Shown here piece after piece: positions 54,516 through 63,490 of a DNA stretch of 64,000 nt. The notes below the pieces were generated by a model. The model saw only the letters and a list, made by a program, of their open reading frames with translations, did no database searches and was not told the origin of the DNA. Both the position numbers and the translations under genes were made by a program. Location: NCBI GenBank assembly GCA_963790795.1, contig CAWBPO010000003.1:50855-114854 (forward strand), read 5' to 3'. This DNA comes from an uncultured bacterium (GTDB lineage: Bacteria > Patescibacteriota > Minisyncoccia > Minisyncoccales > RBG-13-42-11). How positions within the stretch are numbered: the first letter of the stretch is position 1; every line of letters begins with the position of its first letter.

Positions 54516-54929
54516 TTATTTTTCTCTTTTTTTACCGTATTTGCTTCTCTGCTGTTTTCGTCCTTCAACTCCGGCCGTGTCCAAAACGCCTCTGACTATA
54601 TGATATCTGACGCCCGGCAAATCTTTTACTCTTCCTCCCCTAAGCACAACCACTGAATGCTCCTGCAGATTGTGGCCCTCACCAGGAATGTAAGCTGTCA
54701 CCTCCATGCCATTGGTCAATCTGACTCTGGCCACTTTTCTCAAAGCAGAGTTTGGTTTCTTGGGAGTGGAAGTGAAAACTTTTAAACAAACTCCCCTTTT
54801 AAAAGGAGAATAATAATCTTTCGGCCGATTCTTTAAAACATTAAAACCAAAAGACAAAGCTGGCGACTTGGTGCGCTTTTTTGTTTTTTTCCTTCCTTTT
54901 TTAATTAACTGATGAATTGTCGGACACAT
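54516..54929 (-). CDS. rpsL: ribosomal protein S12
   Basis: [30 protein letters not shown]. Confidence 0.95.
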   Translation of the reverse strand: MCPTIHQLIKKGRKKTKKRTKSPALSFGFNVLKNRPKDYYSPFKRGVCLKVFTSTPKKPNSALRKVARVRLTNGMEVTAYIPGEGHNLQEHSVVVLRGGRVKDLPGVRYHIVRGVLDTAGVEGRKQQRSKYGKKREK

Positions 54930-54954
54930 AAATTACAATTTATCACAAAGCCAA

Positions 54955-55572
54955 TTAAATTACAAGAGGCTGGCCGGTTACCAAAGAAAAAAGCAGATAA
55001 GCTGAACCGAAAATTAATTTCAGGCCTCCAGCGAAAATGAAAAGCAAAAAAATGAAAAGACCGTATCTTTCAAGTAACATTCTGATTTCAAGAAGCTTTC
55101 CCGGGAAAAAAGAGAACAAAATATGAGAACCGTCAAAAGGCGGAATGGGAATAAGATTGAAAACTGCCCAGGCAAAATTATATATAACGATTATGCTGAA
55201 AAGTATCAAAAGTGGTTGAGGTAGAGATAAAAATCTTATAGCCAATCCAAATATCACTGCCAGAAGGAAATTGGTGGCTGGACCGGCAATAGCCACTTTT
55301 AAATTACCCCATCTTTGGTCTCGGAAATTAAGAGGATTAACCGGCACTGGTTTTGCCCAGCCGATAATCGGACCTTTGCCCAAAGTGGCAAAAAGCAAAA
55401 GCAGAGGGACAAAAATCGTGCCCAAAGGATCAATGTGCTTTATAGGATTTAAGGTTAAGCGGCCGGCTTGTTTTGCCGTTTCATCTCCCAAATGCAAAGC
55501 AACGCTTCCATGCGCCACTTCATGAATGACAATGGAAAAGAATAAAATCAGTAAAATAAAAACAATTTCCAT
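54955..55572 (-). CDS. M50-family (SpoIVFB-like) site-2 zinc metalloprotease
   Basis: HEVAHG (HExxH), LNPIKHIDPLGT, NLIPIPPFDGSH. Confidence 0.8.
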   Translation of the reverse strand: MEIVFILLILFFSIVIHEVAHGSVALHLGDETAKQAGRLTLNPIKHIDPLGTIFVPLLLLFATLGKGPIIGWAKPVPVNPLNFRDQRWGNLKVAIAGPATNFLLAVIFGLAIRFLSLPQPLLILFSIIVIYNFAWAVFNLIPIPPFDGSHILFSFFPGKLLEIRMLLERYGLFIFLLFIFAGGLKLIFGSAYLLFSLVTGQPLVI

Positions 55573-55663
55573 ATTTTTAATGATAACATAACTTGAAGGA
55601 AATAAGAATTTCTGCTAGGATAAAAAAGTCGTGATTAATTATTTTTAAGAAATTATCAAGAAT

Positions 55664-55852
55664 ATGGCAAACGAATGCCCAATCTGCGGCAAAAAAACTC
55701 TAATGGTTTGGAAAAGAGTGAAACTCCGAGGAAGATATAATCCAACAACGAAAACAAGAAAAAAACCAAATCTGCAATGGGTAAAATTGCCTTCGGGCAA
55801 AAGAGTAAAAGCCTGCACAAAATGTATTAAAGCAATGGCTAAAAAGAAATAA
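55664..55852 (+). CDS. rpmB: ribosomal protein L28 (zinc-ribbon form)
   Basis: 62 aa. CPICGKK...KKPNLQWVKL...KACTKCIK matches the bL28 pattern CxxCGK...PNLQ...VCTKC. Confidence 0.75.
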   Translation: MANECPICGKKTLMVWKRVKLRGRYNPTTKTRKKPNLQWVKLPSGKRVKACTKCIKAMAKKK

Positions 55853-55860
55853 TCTTTTGA

Positions 55861-55931
55861 CGGGGTGTAGTATAACGGCAGTATTTGCCCTTGGGGTGGG
55901 TAAGACCCGGGTTCAATTCCCGGCACCCCGA
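55861..55931 (+). tRNA. tRNA-Pro(GGG), CCA not encoded
   Basis: CGGGGTG TA GTAT AACGGCA GTAT T TGCCC TTGGGGT GGGTA AGAC CCGGG TTCAATT CCCGG CACCCCG A. Confidence 0.85.
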
Positions 55932-55941
55932 AAAGTAAACT

Positions 55942-55968
55942 AAAAACCCGCTGAAATAGCGGATTTTT
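55942..55968. terminator. bidirectional rho-independent terminator
   Basis: AAAAA-CCCGCT GAAAT AGCGGA-TTTTT. It serves rpmB/tRNA-Pro on the plus strand and the convergent minus-strand gene. Confidence 0.7.
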
Positions 55969-56127
55969 AGTGGCTCCGTTTTCTAGGAAGTTTTCTCGGA
56001 AAAAGTTACAAGTGGGAATCCTAGTCTCGGCCCAAGAGCCAAGAATCATTTCAGACTCCCTAAAAAAACTTTTGTACCAGAACTAACTAGATACAGAGCC
56101 AATTTAATTATAACGAACCTCAATATA

Positions 56128-57216
56128 TCAAGTCAAGTCCTGACTTACCATCAAAACATCGCTGATTTGTTTTATCAAAGAAACGACAACAGGCGGCGGA
56201 AGCAAACTGTATGATGGCTCTTTACTGTCGTCTTGAACCAGCCAGGGCCTTTCTTTGACAATTGCTTTATCTTCCTTCCATTCGTAATAATATTCAGGAG
56301 TAATTTCATAATCGTCAACGCAACTTTTGGCTAATTTTTTGGGAATTGAATTTCTTAAAAGAATCTTGGGAATGCCGTAAAGGGAAAAAGCCTGATTGAT
56401 TAATTTTTCGTCTTTTTTCAACCTCTCTTTTATCGGCTTTATACCAAACTCATCGCCTTCTTTGCGCACCATTCTCGTTTCCCTGCATTTCGGGTTGTCG
56501 CAAAGCAGATAGAATTCTTTTTTCTTTGAATCGTGCCCTATCTTGGAAGTGGGCAGTAATTTCAAATTCCTGGAAGTCTGGCAATGAGGACAAATCACCC
56601 TGTATTTTATTCTTTCATCAATCACTTTTTCCGGAACGTCAATTAAAACAAAAAAATCAGGGTCGTCACGATAGCCGATCAAATCCCTGAAAAACAAAGC
56701 AAAATTTATCTGGTCCAAATCCCTGGGAAATCCGTCAACAAAAATAGTCTTTCTTTTCCTCTTTGCGATTTCCCTTTTGACCAAAGGCAGTATCAGTTCC
56801 GTGGGCAAAAGAGTTTTTGTGCTTCTCTTTTCCAGAATAGAGATTAATTCTTTAACGGGCTGCCAGCCGCGATAATTCTTTTCCAAAAAGAAAGTTAATT
56901 CCTTTTTCTTTTTTTTGTCTTTCAATTCACTGTCAATTCCGCGAATCATATCGCCTATTGAAAAATGCTCAATTCTTTCCGGATCAATAATTTCAGCGAA
57001 CATCTTAGAATATGTCCCCTTTCCTGAGTTTTTCTTTCCGATAAGATAAGCGACGAAAGTGTTTCCTTTTCTGAAATATTCTCTTAATTTTTTTATCTCT
57101 TGGCCCGCTTTCAATCGAAAATACCTTTCTCTTTCTTTGGGATTGTTCAAATCAAAAGTTTCTTTTACTTTTGAATCTTTGGTTTTAAAAATTGGAAACT
57201 GCATAGTTTGTGCCAT
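56128..57216 (-). CDS. adenylate/nucleoside-monophosphate kinase-like protein with 4-Cys lid and extended termini (362 aa)
   Basis: P-loop GKKNSGKGT, FVDGFPRD, lid CPHCQTSRN...CDNPKCRETR. Confidence 0.6.
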   Translation of the reverse strand: MAQTMQFPIFKTKDSKVKETFDLNNPKERERYFRLKAGQEIKKLREYFRKGNTFVAYLIGKKNSGKGTYSKMFAEIIDPERIEHFSIGDMIRGIDSELKDKKKKKELTFFLEKNYRGWQPVKELISILEKRSTKTLLPTELILPLVKREIAKRKRKTIFVDGFPRDLDQINFALFFRDLIGYRDDPDFFVLIDVPEKVIDERIKYRVICPHCQTSRNLKLLPTSKIGHDSKKKEFYLLCDNPKCRETRMVRKEGDEFGIKPIKERLKKDEKLINQAFSLYGIPKILLRNSIPKKLAKSCVDDYEITPEYYYEWKEDKAIVKERPWLVQDDSKEPSYSLLPPPVVVSLIKQISDVLMVSQDLT

Positions 57217-58045
57217 TGGAAATAATTTTAATATCGCCTTGCTCGTCTGTTCTGAATATTCTTATACCATATTTTGCCAAAGTATCCAAAGTTTCCTGAT
57301 TGGGATGGCCGTATTTATTATCTTTACCAACAGAAATTATGGCAACCTCTGGCATAACATTTTCAATAAATTCTTGACTGCTTGATGTTTTACTGCCGTG
57401 ATGGCCGACCTTCAAAACATCAGAACACATATCAATATTTTTTCCAACCAGCTGTTCTTCCACTGATTTTGACGCATCGCCAGTAAATAAAAAAATATTC
57501 TCTCCAAAAATCAATCTGGCAACAACTGAACTGTCGTCTATATCTTTAACTTTTTGATTCTCCAGATTTTCAAAAGGGTAAATAATTTCCAAAATCACTG
57601 AACCAGCAATAACACTCTGCCCTGGTTGAGCCGTATAAACCTTGGCTTCCTTTATCGCTTCCTGCCATTTTTTAAAAGCAGCTGTTTCCATTGCAATGCC
57701 TGTCCACAAAACATTTTCAACTTCATAATTTTCCAAAACTTCAATAAGGCCTGACAAATGGTCCTCGTGCGGATGAGTCAATATTATTAAATCAATTGTC
57801 CTGTCCCAAAAAGGCATCTCATCTCCCAGTTTTTCCAAAATAGTTGAGCCCGGTCCCCCGTCAATCAGGATTTGCTGGTTTCCCGGCGTCTCAATAAATG
57901 CGGCGTCTCCCTGTCCAATATCAAAGAAATTCACTTCCAGATAACCTTCCTTACTTAAATCAAAAACAGCAAACCAAGCCAGAACGTTAAAACAAAATAA
58001 AACTGCCAAAACTGCCAATATCCTGTTTCCTGTCTTTTTTTGCAT
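57185..58045 (-). CDS. membrane-anchored metallo-beta-lactamase fold protein (ComEC C-terminal domain-like)
   Basis: N-terminal TM helix, FFDIGQGDAAFIETPG, ILTHPHEDHLSGL, KVGHHGS. Confidence 0.75.
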   Translation of the reverse strand: MQKKTGNRILAVLAVLFCFNVLAWFAVFDLSKEGYLEVNFFDIGQGDAAFIETPGNQQILIDGGPGSTILEKLGDEMPFWDRTIDLIILTHPHEDHLSGLIEVLENYEVENVLWTGIAMETAAFKKWQEAIKEAKVYTAQPGQSVIAGSVILEIIYPFENLENQKVKDIDDSSVVARLIFGENIFLFTGDASKSVEEQLVGKNIDMCSDVLKVGHHGSKTSSSQEFIENVMPEVAIISVGKDNKYGHPNQETLDTLAKYGIRIFRTDEQGDIKIISNGTNYAVSNF

Positions 58046-58137
58046 TTCTTAATGGTATATCAATTGAATTAAAAAACAAAATCCCGTTAGTAAAAACAGG
58101 ATTTTGCTCAAGAAACAACGTTATTTCTCAGGAAAGC

Positions 58138-58293
58138 TTAGGCATTTCCCATGATTCTGAACATCTTGGTTCCGCATTTCGGACAAGTTCCGGTCATTGC
58201 TCTTCTTTTTACTCCGCCCTTTCCTTTCATTGCTACTTCTTTTGGGTTAGATATTTCTTGTTTCTTTTTGCATTTTACGCAGTAACCTTCCAT
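58138..58293 (-). CDS. small zinc-ribbon protein (51 aa, DUF5679-like), below the ORF-track cutoff
   Basis: Hand translation gives MEGYCVKCKKKQEISNPKEVAMKGKGGVKRRAMTGTCPKCGTKMFRIMGNA. Confidence 0.55.
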   Translation of the reverse strand: MEGYCVKCKKKQEISNPKEVAMKGKGGVKRRAMTGTCPKCGTKMFRIMGNA

Positions 58294-58390
58294 AATATTG
58301 TAAAAAATGTAAATTTTTCAAAACCGACCTTTATCCACAACTTTATTTAGCTTAATTTAAGCACAATTTTAAGTCAAGCCCCTTAAAAGA

Positions 58391-59098
58391 TTATCCTCTT
58401 ACCTGACAAACGTCAAAAAACTTTGAAATTTCTTCTTTTATCGCCAAAAGAAGGTCTTTGGAATACGGTTTTATCTTTTCAAACTCAGGATTGATTGTTT
58501 TCTCGGCGCGAAAATTCTGCAAAAAGAATTTTTTTGCCGGACTTATCTCTTTGACAACCAAAATAACGTCTTCTTTTTCGTGCAGCGAAGGAACAACCGT
58601 CATTCTGAACTCGCAATCAATGCCCGAGTTCTTTATTGTTTCAATACTTTCTTTAATATCGTCCAAAATTACATTCGCGCCGGTTGCTTTATCATATTTT
58701 TCCTTATTAAGGGGGGCTTTAATATCCATTGCCACGTAATCAATTAATTTATTATTAATTAATTCATTTAACAATTCAGGGTTGGAACCGTTAGTGTCTA
58801 ATTTAACCAAGTAGCCAAGTTTTTTAATTTTCTTTATAAAATTTGGCAAATCATTATTAATTGTCGGCTCTCCCCCGCAAATTACCACTCCCTCCAAAAG
58901 CTTTTTTCTTTTTTTCAAAAAATCAAAAAAATCTTTTTCTGAAATTCTCGGCTGCAGCTTAATTTTTTCCGGCAAGACCAATTCTGCAGAATAACAGAAA
59001 GGACAACGGAAATTGCAGCCAATGAGAAAAACAGTGGCCGCAACGCGGCCAGGAAAATCAATTAGAGTAATTTTTTGAAGTCCGCCAATCTCAATCAT
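58391..59098 (-). CDS. nrdG: anaerobic ribonucleoside-triphosphate reductase activating protein (radical SAM)
   Basis: FLIGCNFRCPFCYS, GGEPT. Lies downstream of and overlaps nrdD. Confidence 0.9.
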   Translation of the reverse strand: MIEIGGLQKITLIDFPGRVAATVFLIGCNFRCPFCYSAELVLPEKIKLQPRISEKDFFDFLKKRKKLLEGVVICGGEPTINNDLPNFIKKIKKLGYLVKLDTNGSNPELLNELINNKLIDYVAMDIKAPLNKEKYDKATGANVILDDIKESIETIKNSGIDCEFRMTVVPSLHEKEDVILVVKEISPAKKFFLQNFRAEKTINPEFEKIKPYSKDLLLAIKEEISKFFDVCQVRG

Positions 59099-61218
59099 TT
59101 TACTGCTGTTAAATTAGGCACCTTGTATTCTTTCCTTTCTTTGAATTCCTCTTGTTTCCCTTCGTTCCATTGCTGGACCGGCCTCAGATATCCGACAACT
59201 CTTGAATAAACTTCGCAGGGCTGCTTTATCGTGCATTCGGGGCAGAAAAATTGTTCTCCTGCCAAATAGCCGTGGGTCGGACAAATTGAAAAAGTCGGAG
59301 TTATTGTTATGTAGGGCAAATGAAAGTTTTCAAAAACTTTTTTAACCAAACTTTTGACTGTCTGCGCGTCATTAATTCTTTCCCCTAAAAAGAGATGCAA
59401 GACAGTGCCGCCGTTGTAAAGGCATTGCAATTGATCCTGAAGCTCTAAAGCTTCGAAAATATCGCTGGTGAAATTTACTGGCAATTGGGTGGAATTCGTG
59501 TAGTAGGGTATTTTTTTGGTTCCCGCGGTAACTATTTCCGGATATTGCTCTCTGTCTTTAAGAGCCAATCTGTAAGCCGTCGATTCGGCGGGCGTTGCTT
59601 CCAAGTTATAAATATTTTCCGTTTCTTTTTGATACTGCACCAACCTCTCTCTCATAAACTCTAAAACTTCCAAAGCGAATTTTCTTCCTTTTGGCGAAGC
59701 GATATTTTCGCCAATAAAATTAAGAACGCTTTCGTTCATGCCCACTAAGCCGATAGTGGCAAAATGATTGGCGTAGTAACCGCCTCTGGCTTTTTTAATG
59801 TCCGCCAAATAGAATCTCGAATAAGGATACAGGCCTTTCAAAATGAAATTTTCAATGGTTTTTCTTTTGATTTCCAGGCTTTCTTTCGCCAGATCCATCA
59901 TCTTTCCCAATCGGTCAAAAAAATCCTTTTTAGTTTTGGAAAGATAACCGATTCGCGGCATGTTTATTGTTACGACGCCGATGCTTCCCGTCTTGCTCCC
60001 CGAACCGAATAATCCTCCTCCTCCCCTGTTATAAAGGTCTTTCAGGTCCAATCTCAAACGACAGCACATGCTTCTCACGTCCTCCGGGCTCATGTCCGAA
60101 TTAATGTAATTGGCAAAATAATTCGTCCCGTATTTTGCCGAGGCCTCAAAAATCAAATCGAAAGCGGGCTCATCCCAGGGAAAATCCTTGGTGATGTTAA
60201 TGGTTGGAATCGGAAAATGAAACGGCCTGCCCGATTTGTCTCCTTCAAGCATTATCTCATAAAGGGCTTTGCCAAAGATTTTCATTTCTTCTTCAAATTC
60301 TCCGTAAGTTTCTTTCTGGGGTTTTCCGCCGATAATAACCGGCTGCTTGGCAAAAACCAAAGAAGGCTTCAAATCCAAAGTAACATTGGAAAATGGGCAT
60401 TGAAATCCTACCCTGGTAGGCACAGCCATGTTAAACAAAAATTCCTGGAGAGATTGCTTGACTTGCTGGTAACTCAAATTGTCATAACGGATAAAAGGAG
60501 CCAACAAAGTATCAAAATTTGAAACAGCGACCGCTCCGGCCACCTCGCCCTGCAAAGTGTAAAGAAAATTTACCAACTGCCCGAGTGCCGCTCTAAAATG
60601 TTTTGCCGGCTTTGTTTCAATTTTACTCGGCACTCCGCAAAAACCTTTTAAAAGCAAATCATACAAATCCCAGCCGGCGCAATAAGGGCCCAGGGTATCC
60701 AGATTATGGACGTGGAGATCTCCAGACTCATTCGCCTCTCTGATTTCCTGGGGATAGATTTTGTTCAGCCAATATTTTTTTGTGATGTTGGAAACAGAAT
60801 AATGATTTAATCCCTGAAGAGAAAAAGCCATGTTGGCATTTTCCTGCACTTCCCAGTCAAGCTTTTCCAAATATTGGTCCATCCTCTCCACTGATTCCTC
60901 GGAAATTGCCACTGCATCTCTGATTCTTCTTCTCTGCTCGCGGTAAAGGATATAGGACTTGGCAGTTTCTACTAAGTTTTCTAAAACCAAAACCTCTTCA
61001 ACAATATCTTGGATTTGCTCAACGGTAGGAATTTCCCCTTCTTTGAATCTGCGGCTTAATAATTGGACTACTTTGTCTGAAACCTTCTTCGAAATATCGC
61101 CGTCGCCCTGCCCGGTAGCAGTAACAGCCTTAAAAATGGCATTGGTAATTTTGGACTGGTCAAAATCAACAATCGTGCCATCTCTTTTTTGAATTTTTGT
61201 AATTTTATTCTGCGTCAT
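59095..61218 (-). CDS. nrdD: anaerobic ribonucleoside-triphosphate reductase (class III) with N-terminal ATP-cone
   Basis: ATP-cone KIQKRDGTIVDFDQSKI, C-terminal CPECT zinc site, and glycyl-radical region SRVVGYLRP. Confidence 0.9.
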   Translation of the reverse strand: MTQNKITKIQKRDGTIVDFDQSKITNAIFKAVTATGQGDGDISKKVSDKVVQLLSRRFKEGEIPTVEQIQDIVEEVLVLENLVETAKSYILYREQRRRIRDAVAISEESVERMDQYLEKLDWEVQENANMAFSLQGLNHYSVSNITKKYWLNKIYPQEIREANESGDLHVHNLDTLGPYCAGWDLYDLLLKGFCGVPSKIETKPAKHFRAALGQLVNFLYTLQGEVAGAVAVSNFDTLLAPFIRYDNLSYQQVKQSLQEFLFNMAVPTRVGFQCPFSNVTLDLKPSLVFAKQPVIIGGKPQKETYGEFEEEMKIFGKALYEIMLEGDKSGRPFHFPIPTINITKDFPWDEPAFDLIFEASAKYGTNYFANYINSDMSPEDVRSMCCRLRLDLKDLYNRGGGGLFGSGSKTGSIGVVTINMPRIGYLSKTKKDFFDRLGKMMDLAKESLEIKRKTIENFILKGLYPYSRFYLADIKKARGGYYANHFATIGLVGMNESVLNFIGENIASPKGRKFALEVLEFMRERLVQYQKETENIYNLEATPAESTAYRLALKDREQYPEIVTAGTKKIPYYTNSTQLPVNFTSDIFEALELQDQLQCLYNGGTVLHLFLGERINDAQTVKSLVKKVFENFHLPYITITPTFSICPTHGYLAGEQFFCPECTIKQPCEVYSRVVGYLRPVQQWNEGKQEEFKERKEYKVPNLTAVK

Positions 61219-61318
61219 TTTTAGAGAAAAAATTAGAGATTAATACATCTTATCCAAAATTTAAAGAGGAGTCAAACTTTGTCAACTTCTCTTAAAAATT
61301 CGGCTTTTCCACAAGTAA

Positions 61319-61495
61319 TTATTCCTCTTTTTTTTCAATGGCTCCGTAGGGACAAATGCTTTCTCCGCCACATTCTTCCAGCTTTTGGGGATTGATAACC
61401 TCGGCCTTGCCGTCGTCTTTCAACTCTGTCCCATCCGGGCATTCAGTAACGCAAAGCCCGCAGCCAATGCACTTTTCTTTGTTTATTTTATACAT
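61319..61495 (-). CDS. small 4Fe-4S ferredoxin (58 aa), below the ORF-track cutoff
   Basis: Hand translation gives MYKINKEKCIGCGLCVTECPDGTELKDDGKAEVINPQKLEECGGESICPYGAIEKKEE. CxxCxxCxxxCP plus distal Cys residues. Confidence 0.75.
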   Translation of the reverse strand: MYKINKEKCIGCGLCVTECPDGTELKDDGKAEVINPQKLEECGGESICPYGAIEKKEE

Positions 61496-61511
61496 ATATA
61501 TTAAAAAACCT

Positions 61512-61955
61512 TTAATCTCCGATTATTTGTATTTGGAATTTCCTTTGCCTCGGCTTGTCCAATTCAACAAAAAAAATTCTCTGCCATTGTCCAAGCTGCA
61601 ACTTTCCGTTTATCAGATTCAAAACAGCTGCCACCGGCAAATGAATGGCTCTACAGTGGGCATGGCCGTTGATGCATTCTTCAACGCACATGTTTACCGT
61701 CCTGACAGAAAAATCATTATGTTTGTAGTCCCTGTCCCGGCTGGCTGTCTCTTTCAAATCTCTTTTGAAATCTTCAATAAGCAAAGGTTCGTTTTCATTG
61801 ACGATGATTGTCGCTGTCGTATGTAAAGTTTGAACGTTTACCAAACCGTCTTTGATTTTGCTTTCTGCAACAAAAGCTGTCACTTGGTCTGTAACATCAA
61901 TAAAATCCAGTTCCTCTTTTGTCTGAAGTTCAATTGTTTTATGCAACGACTTCAT
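61512..61955 (-). CDS. YjbQ/UPF0047 family protein
   Basis: FIDVTDQV, GLVNVQTLHTTATIIVNENEP, GHAHCRA, LQLGQWQRIFFVELD. Confidence 0.75.
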   Translation of the reverse strand: MKSLHKTIELQTKEELDFIDVTDQVTAFVAESKIKDGLVNVQTLHTTATIIVNENEPLLIEDFKRDLKETASRDRDYKHNDFSVRTVNMCVEECINGHAHCRAIHLPVAAVLNLINGKLQLGQWQRIFFVELDKPRQRKFQIQIIGD

Positions 61956-61960
61956 TTGGT

Positions 61961-62245
61961 TTATTCTCCGGTTAATTCTTCAATTTCTTTTTTTCCTTCT
62001 TCCAGTTCTTTTGACTGTTCTCTATCTTCCCGCAAAAGCAATGTTTCAAATTCTCCAACGTGGGTCTTCTCTTCCTTGGCAATATCAAGAAGCACTTTTT
62101 TGATATCTTCTTTTTCCGTCATTGCTGCCAACTGCTCGTAAAGAGAAACAGCGTCAAGCTCGGCAATAATGCCCAGCCTTAAAATCTCTTTGTCTAAATC
62201 TTCCTTTTTGACTTTTTCAAGTGAAATTGGTAATTGTGATAGCAT
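61961..62245 (-). CDS. ferritin-like (rubrerythrin/EncFtn-type) small diiron protein
   Basis: AELDAVSLYEQLA...IAKEEKTHVGEF resembles the EncFtn pattern ExxAVxxY...EEKxH. Confidence 0.55.
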   Translation of the reverse strand: MLSQLPISLEKVKKEDLDKEILRLGIIAELDAVSLYEQLAAMTEKEDIKKVLLDIAKEEKTHVGEFETLLLREDREQSKELEEGKKEIEELTGE

Positions 62246-62326
62246 ATTTTTTAAAAATTAATTATTAACGACCTTTTAAATTATAAATTCCAATCCTGCT
62301 CCCAAAACAACGTAATCCAACATATT

Positions 62327-62758
62327 TTATTCCCTCTTTTTTTTAATCAACAGAATAATGCTGCCCAATAAACCAATTAAAAAGGTTATCGGGCAGACAA
62401 CAATTGCCAAAAGAAAAAAGAAAGGTTCGTCTCCCATACCGATTCTTTCCCAAAAGTTTGCTCCAAAAAATAAAATAAAAAGACCATAAACCAGATTGTG
62501 CAGTATGATGCTGACAACCATTGCCAGAGGAGAAATGCCGGTTAGCAATAAGAACTTTTTGAACTTTCCTTGCACTTTCTTTTTCAGGGTTAAAAATATC
62601 AAAACAATGCTCAATAAAACAAATATTAAATAAGACAGCCAAAAAAGAACAGGTTTCCAAAAACCATTTAGCATTTGCCCAACGAACTGAAAACTAGCTA
62701 TGACGTACAAAAAAACTACCATTAATGCTCCGAGGATTATTGCCAAAGGTTTTTTCAT
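62327..62758 (-). CDS. hypothetical integral membrane protein (4 TM helices)
   Basis: 143-aa hydrophobic ORF. The overlapping 105-aa ORF in another frame is rejected. Confidence 0.55.
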   Translation of the reverse strand: MKKPLAIILGALMVVFLYVIASFQFVGQMLNGFWKPVLFWLSYLIFVLLSIVLIFLTLKKKVQGKFKKFLLLTGISPLAMVVSIILHNLVYGLFILFFGANFWERIGMGDEPFFFLLAIVVCPITFLIGLLGSIILLIKKKRE

Positions 62759-62774
62759 ATTAATTTATTCTACC

Positions 62775-62803
62775 AAAAAACCGCCTCTTGTGCGAGACGG
62801 CGG
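62775..62803 (-). terminator. rho-independent terminator
   Basis: Minus strand CCGCCGTCTCGCACAAGAGGCGG followed by TTTTTTGG. Confidence 0.65.
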
Positions 62804-62872
62804 AAAAGATTTGCTCTTTTGGTTAAACAATTTTAAAATCTCTCTCAAATAAGCATAATTAAAAACTAATAA

Positions 62873-63343
62873 TCAGAAAATTCCTAAAACTACTAATAGG
62901 CCTAAGAAAATTTGTATTAAAATGAACAAACTATCCTTGGCCAATCTTTCCTTTATTGCTGTCCTATTATCGATTACATCCACTAAAGAGTAAATTATTG
63001 TAAGCAACCATGAAAAAAGAAAAAATAGTACAGCAATTTTAACGCTAATAATATTACCTATCAGAATACCTATTACATTAAGCAAAAAAGTGTAACCGAA
63101 AATGAAACTAACCCACCCTAAAACGTTCCATTTGGCCACCTTTTCCCTATAGCCGATCTTTGAATAGGCCAAAATGGAAGTTAAGAACAATGGTATACTG
63201 AAAACAAGCTGGACCAAGAGAATCTTTTGGAACAATAATTCTTCCCGGAGATTGATTGTAAGAAAAAAGACTCCTGCTGAAATGGCAATCAGGCTTCTGT
63301 TTAAGGCTATTCTGCTTGAAGATTTGGATTCCAAAACAGACAT
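62873..63343 (-). CDS. hypothetical integral membrane protein
   Basis: 156-aa ORF with about 5 hydrophobic helices. Confidence 0.55.
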   Translation of the reverse strand: MSVLESKSSSRIALNRSLIAISAGVFFLTINLREELLFQKILLVQLVFSIPLFLTSILAYSKIGYREKVAKWNVLGWVSFIFGYTFLLNVIGILIGNIISVKIAVLFFLFSWLLTIIYSLVDVIDNRTAIKERLAKDSLFILIQIFLGLLVVLGIF

Positions 63344-63344
63344 A

Positions 63345-63449
63345 TTATTTCTTTTTATCCAACCTATCCAATTTAAGCAATTTCACGCCAAAATAAACGA
63401 CAAGCGCAACAACTCCTTGTTTTCTTATAAATTCAATGAATCCTGACAT
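63345..63449 (-). CDS. candidate 34-aa membrane peptide with stop/start overlap to the next gene
   Basis: Product MSGFIEFIRKQGVVALVVYFGVKLLKLDRLDKKK. The junction TAATATG joins it to 62873..63343. The N-terminus resembles an MscL N-terminus, but the peptide is far too short to be MscL. Confidence 0.3.
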   Translation of the reverse strand: MSGFIEFIRKQGVVALVVYFGVKLLKLDRLDKKK

Positions 63450-63490
63450 GTTAATTTATTATAGCAGAAAATTGTTAAAATGGCGATTTT

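Noticed and set aside
55645-56049. 134-aa minus-strand ORF.
   Set aside because: It overlaps the rpmB gene, tRNA-Pro and the terminator. No motif was found. It is spurious.
61356-61826. 156-aa plus-strand ORF.
   Set aside because: It is antisense to the hand-found ferredoxin (CxxCxxCxxxCP) and to the YjbQ-family gene, both of which have clear motifs.
63345-63449. The 34-aa ORF was considered as an MscL gene.
   Set aside because: Only the first ~15 residues resemble the MscL N-terminus, and the ORF is a quarter of MscL length. It is kept only as a low-confidence small membrane peptide.
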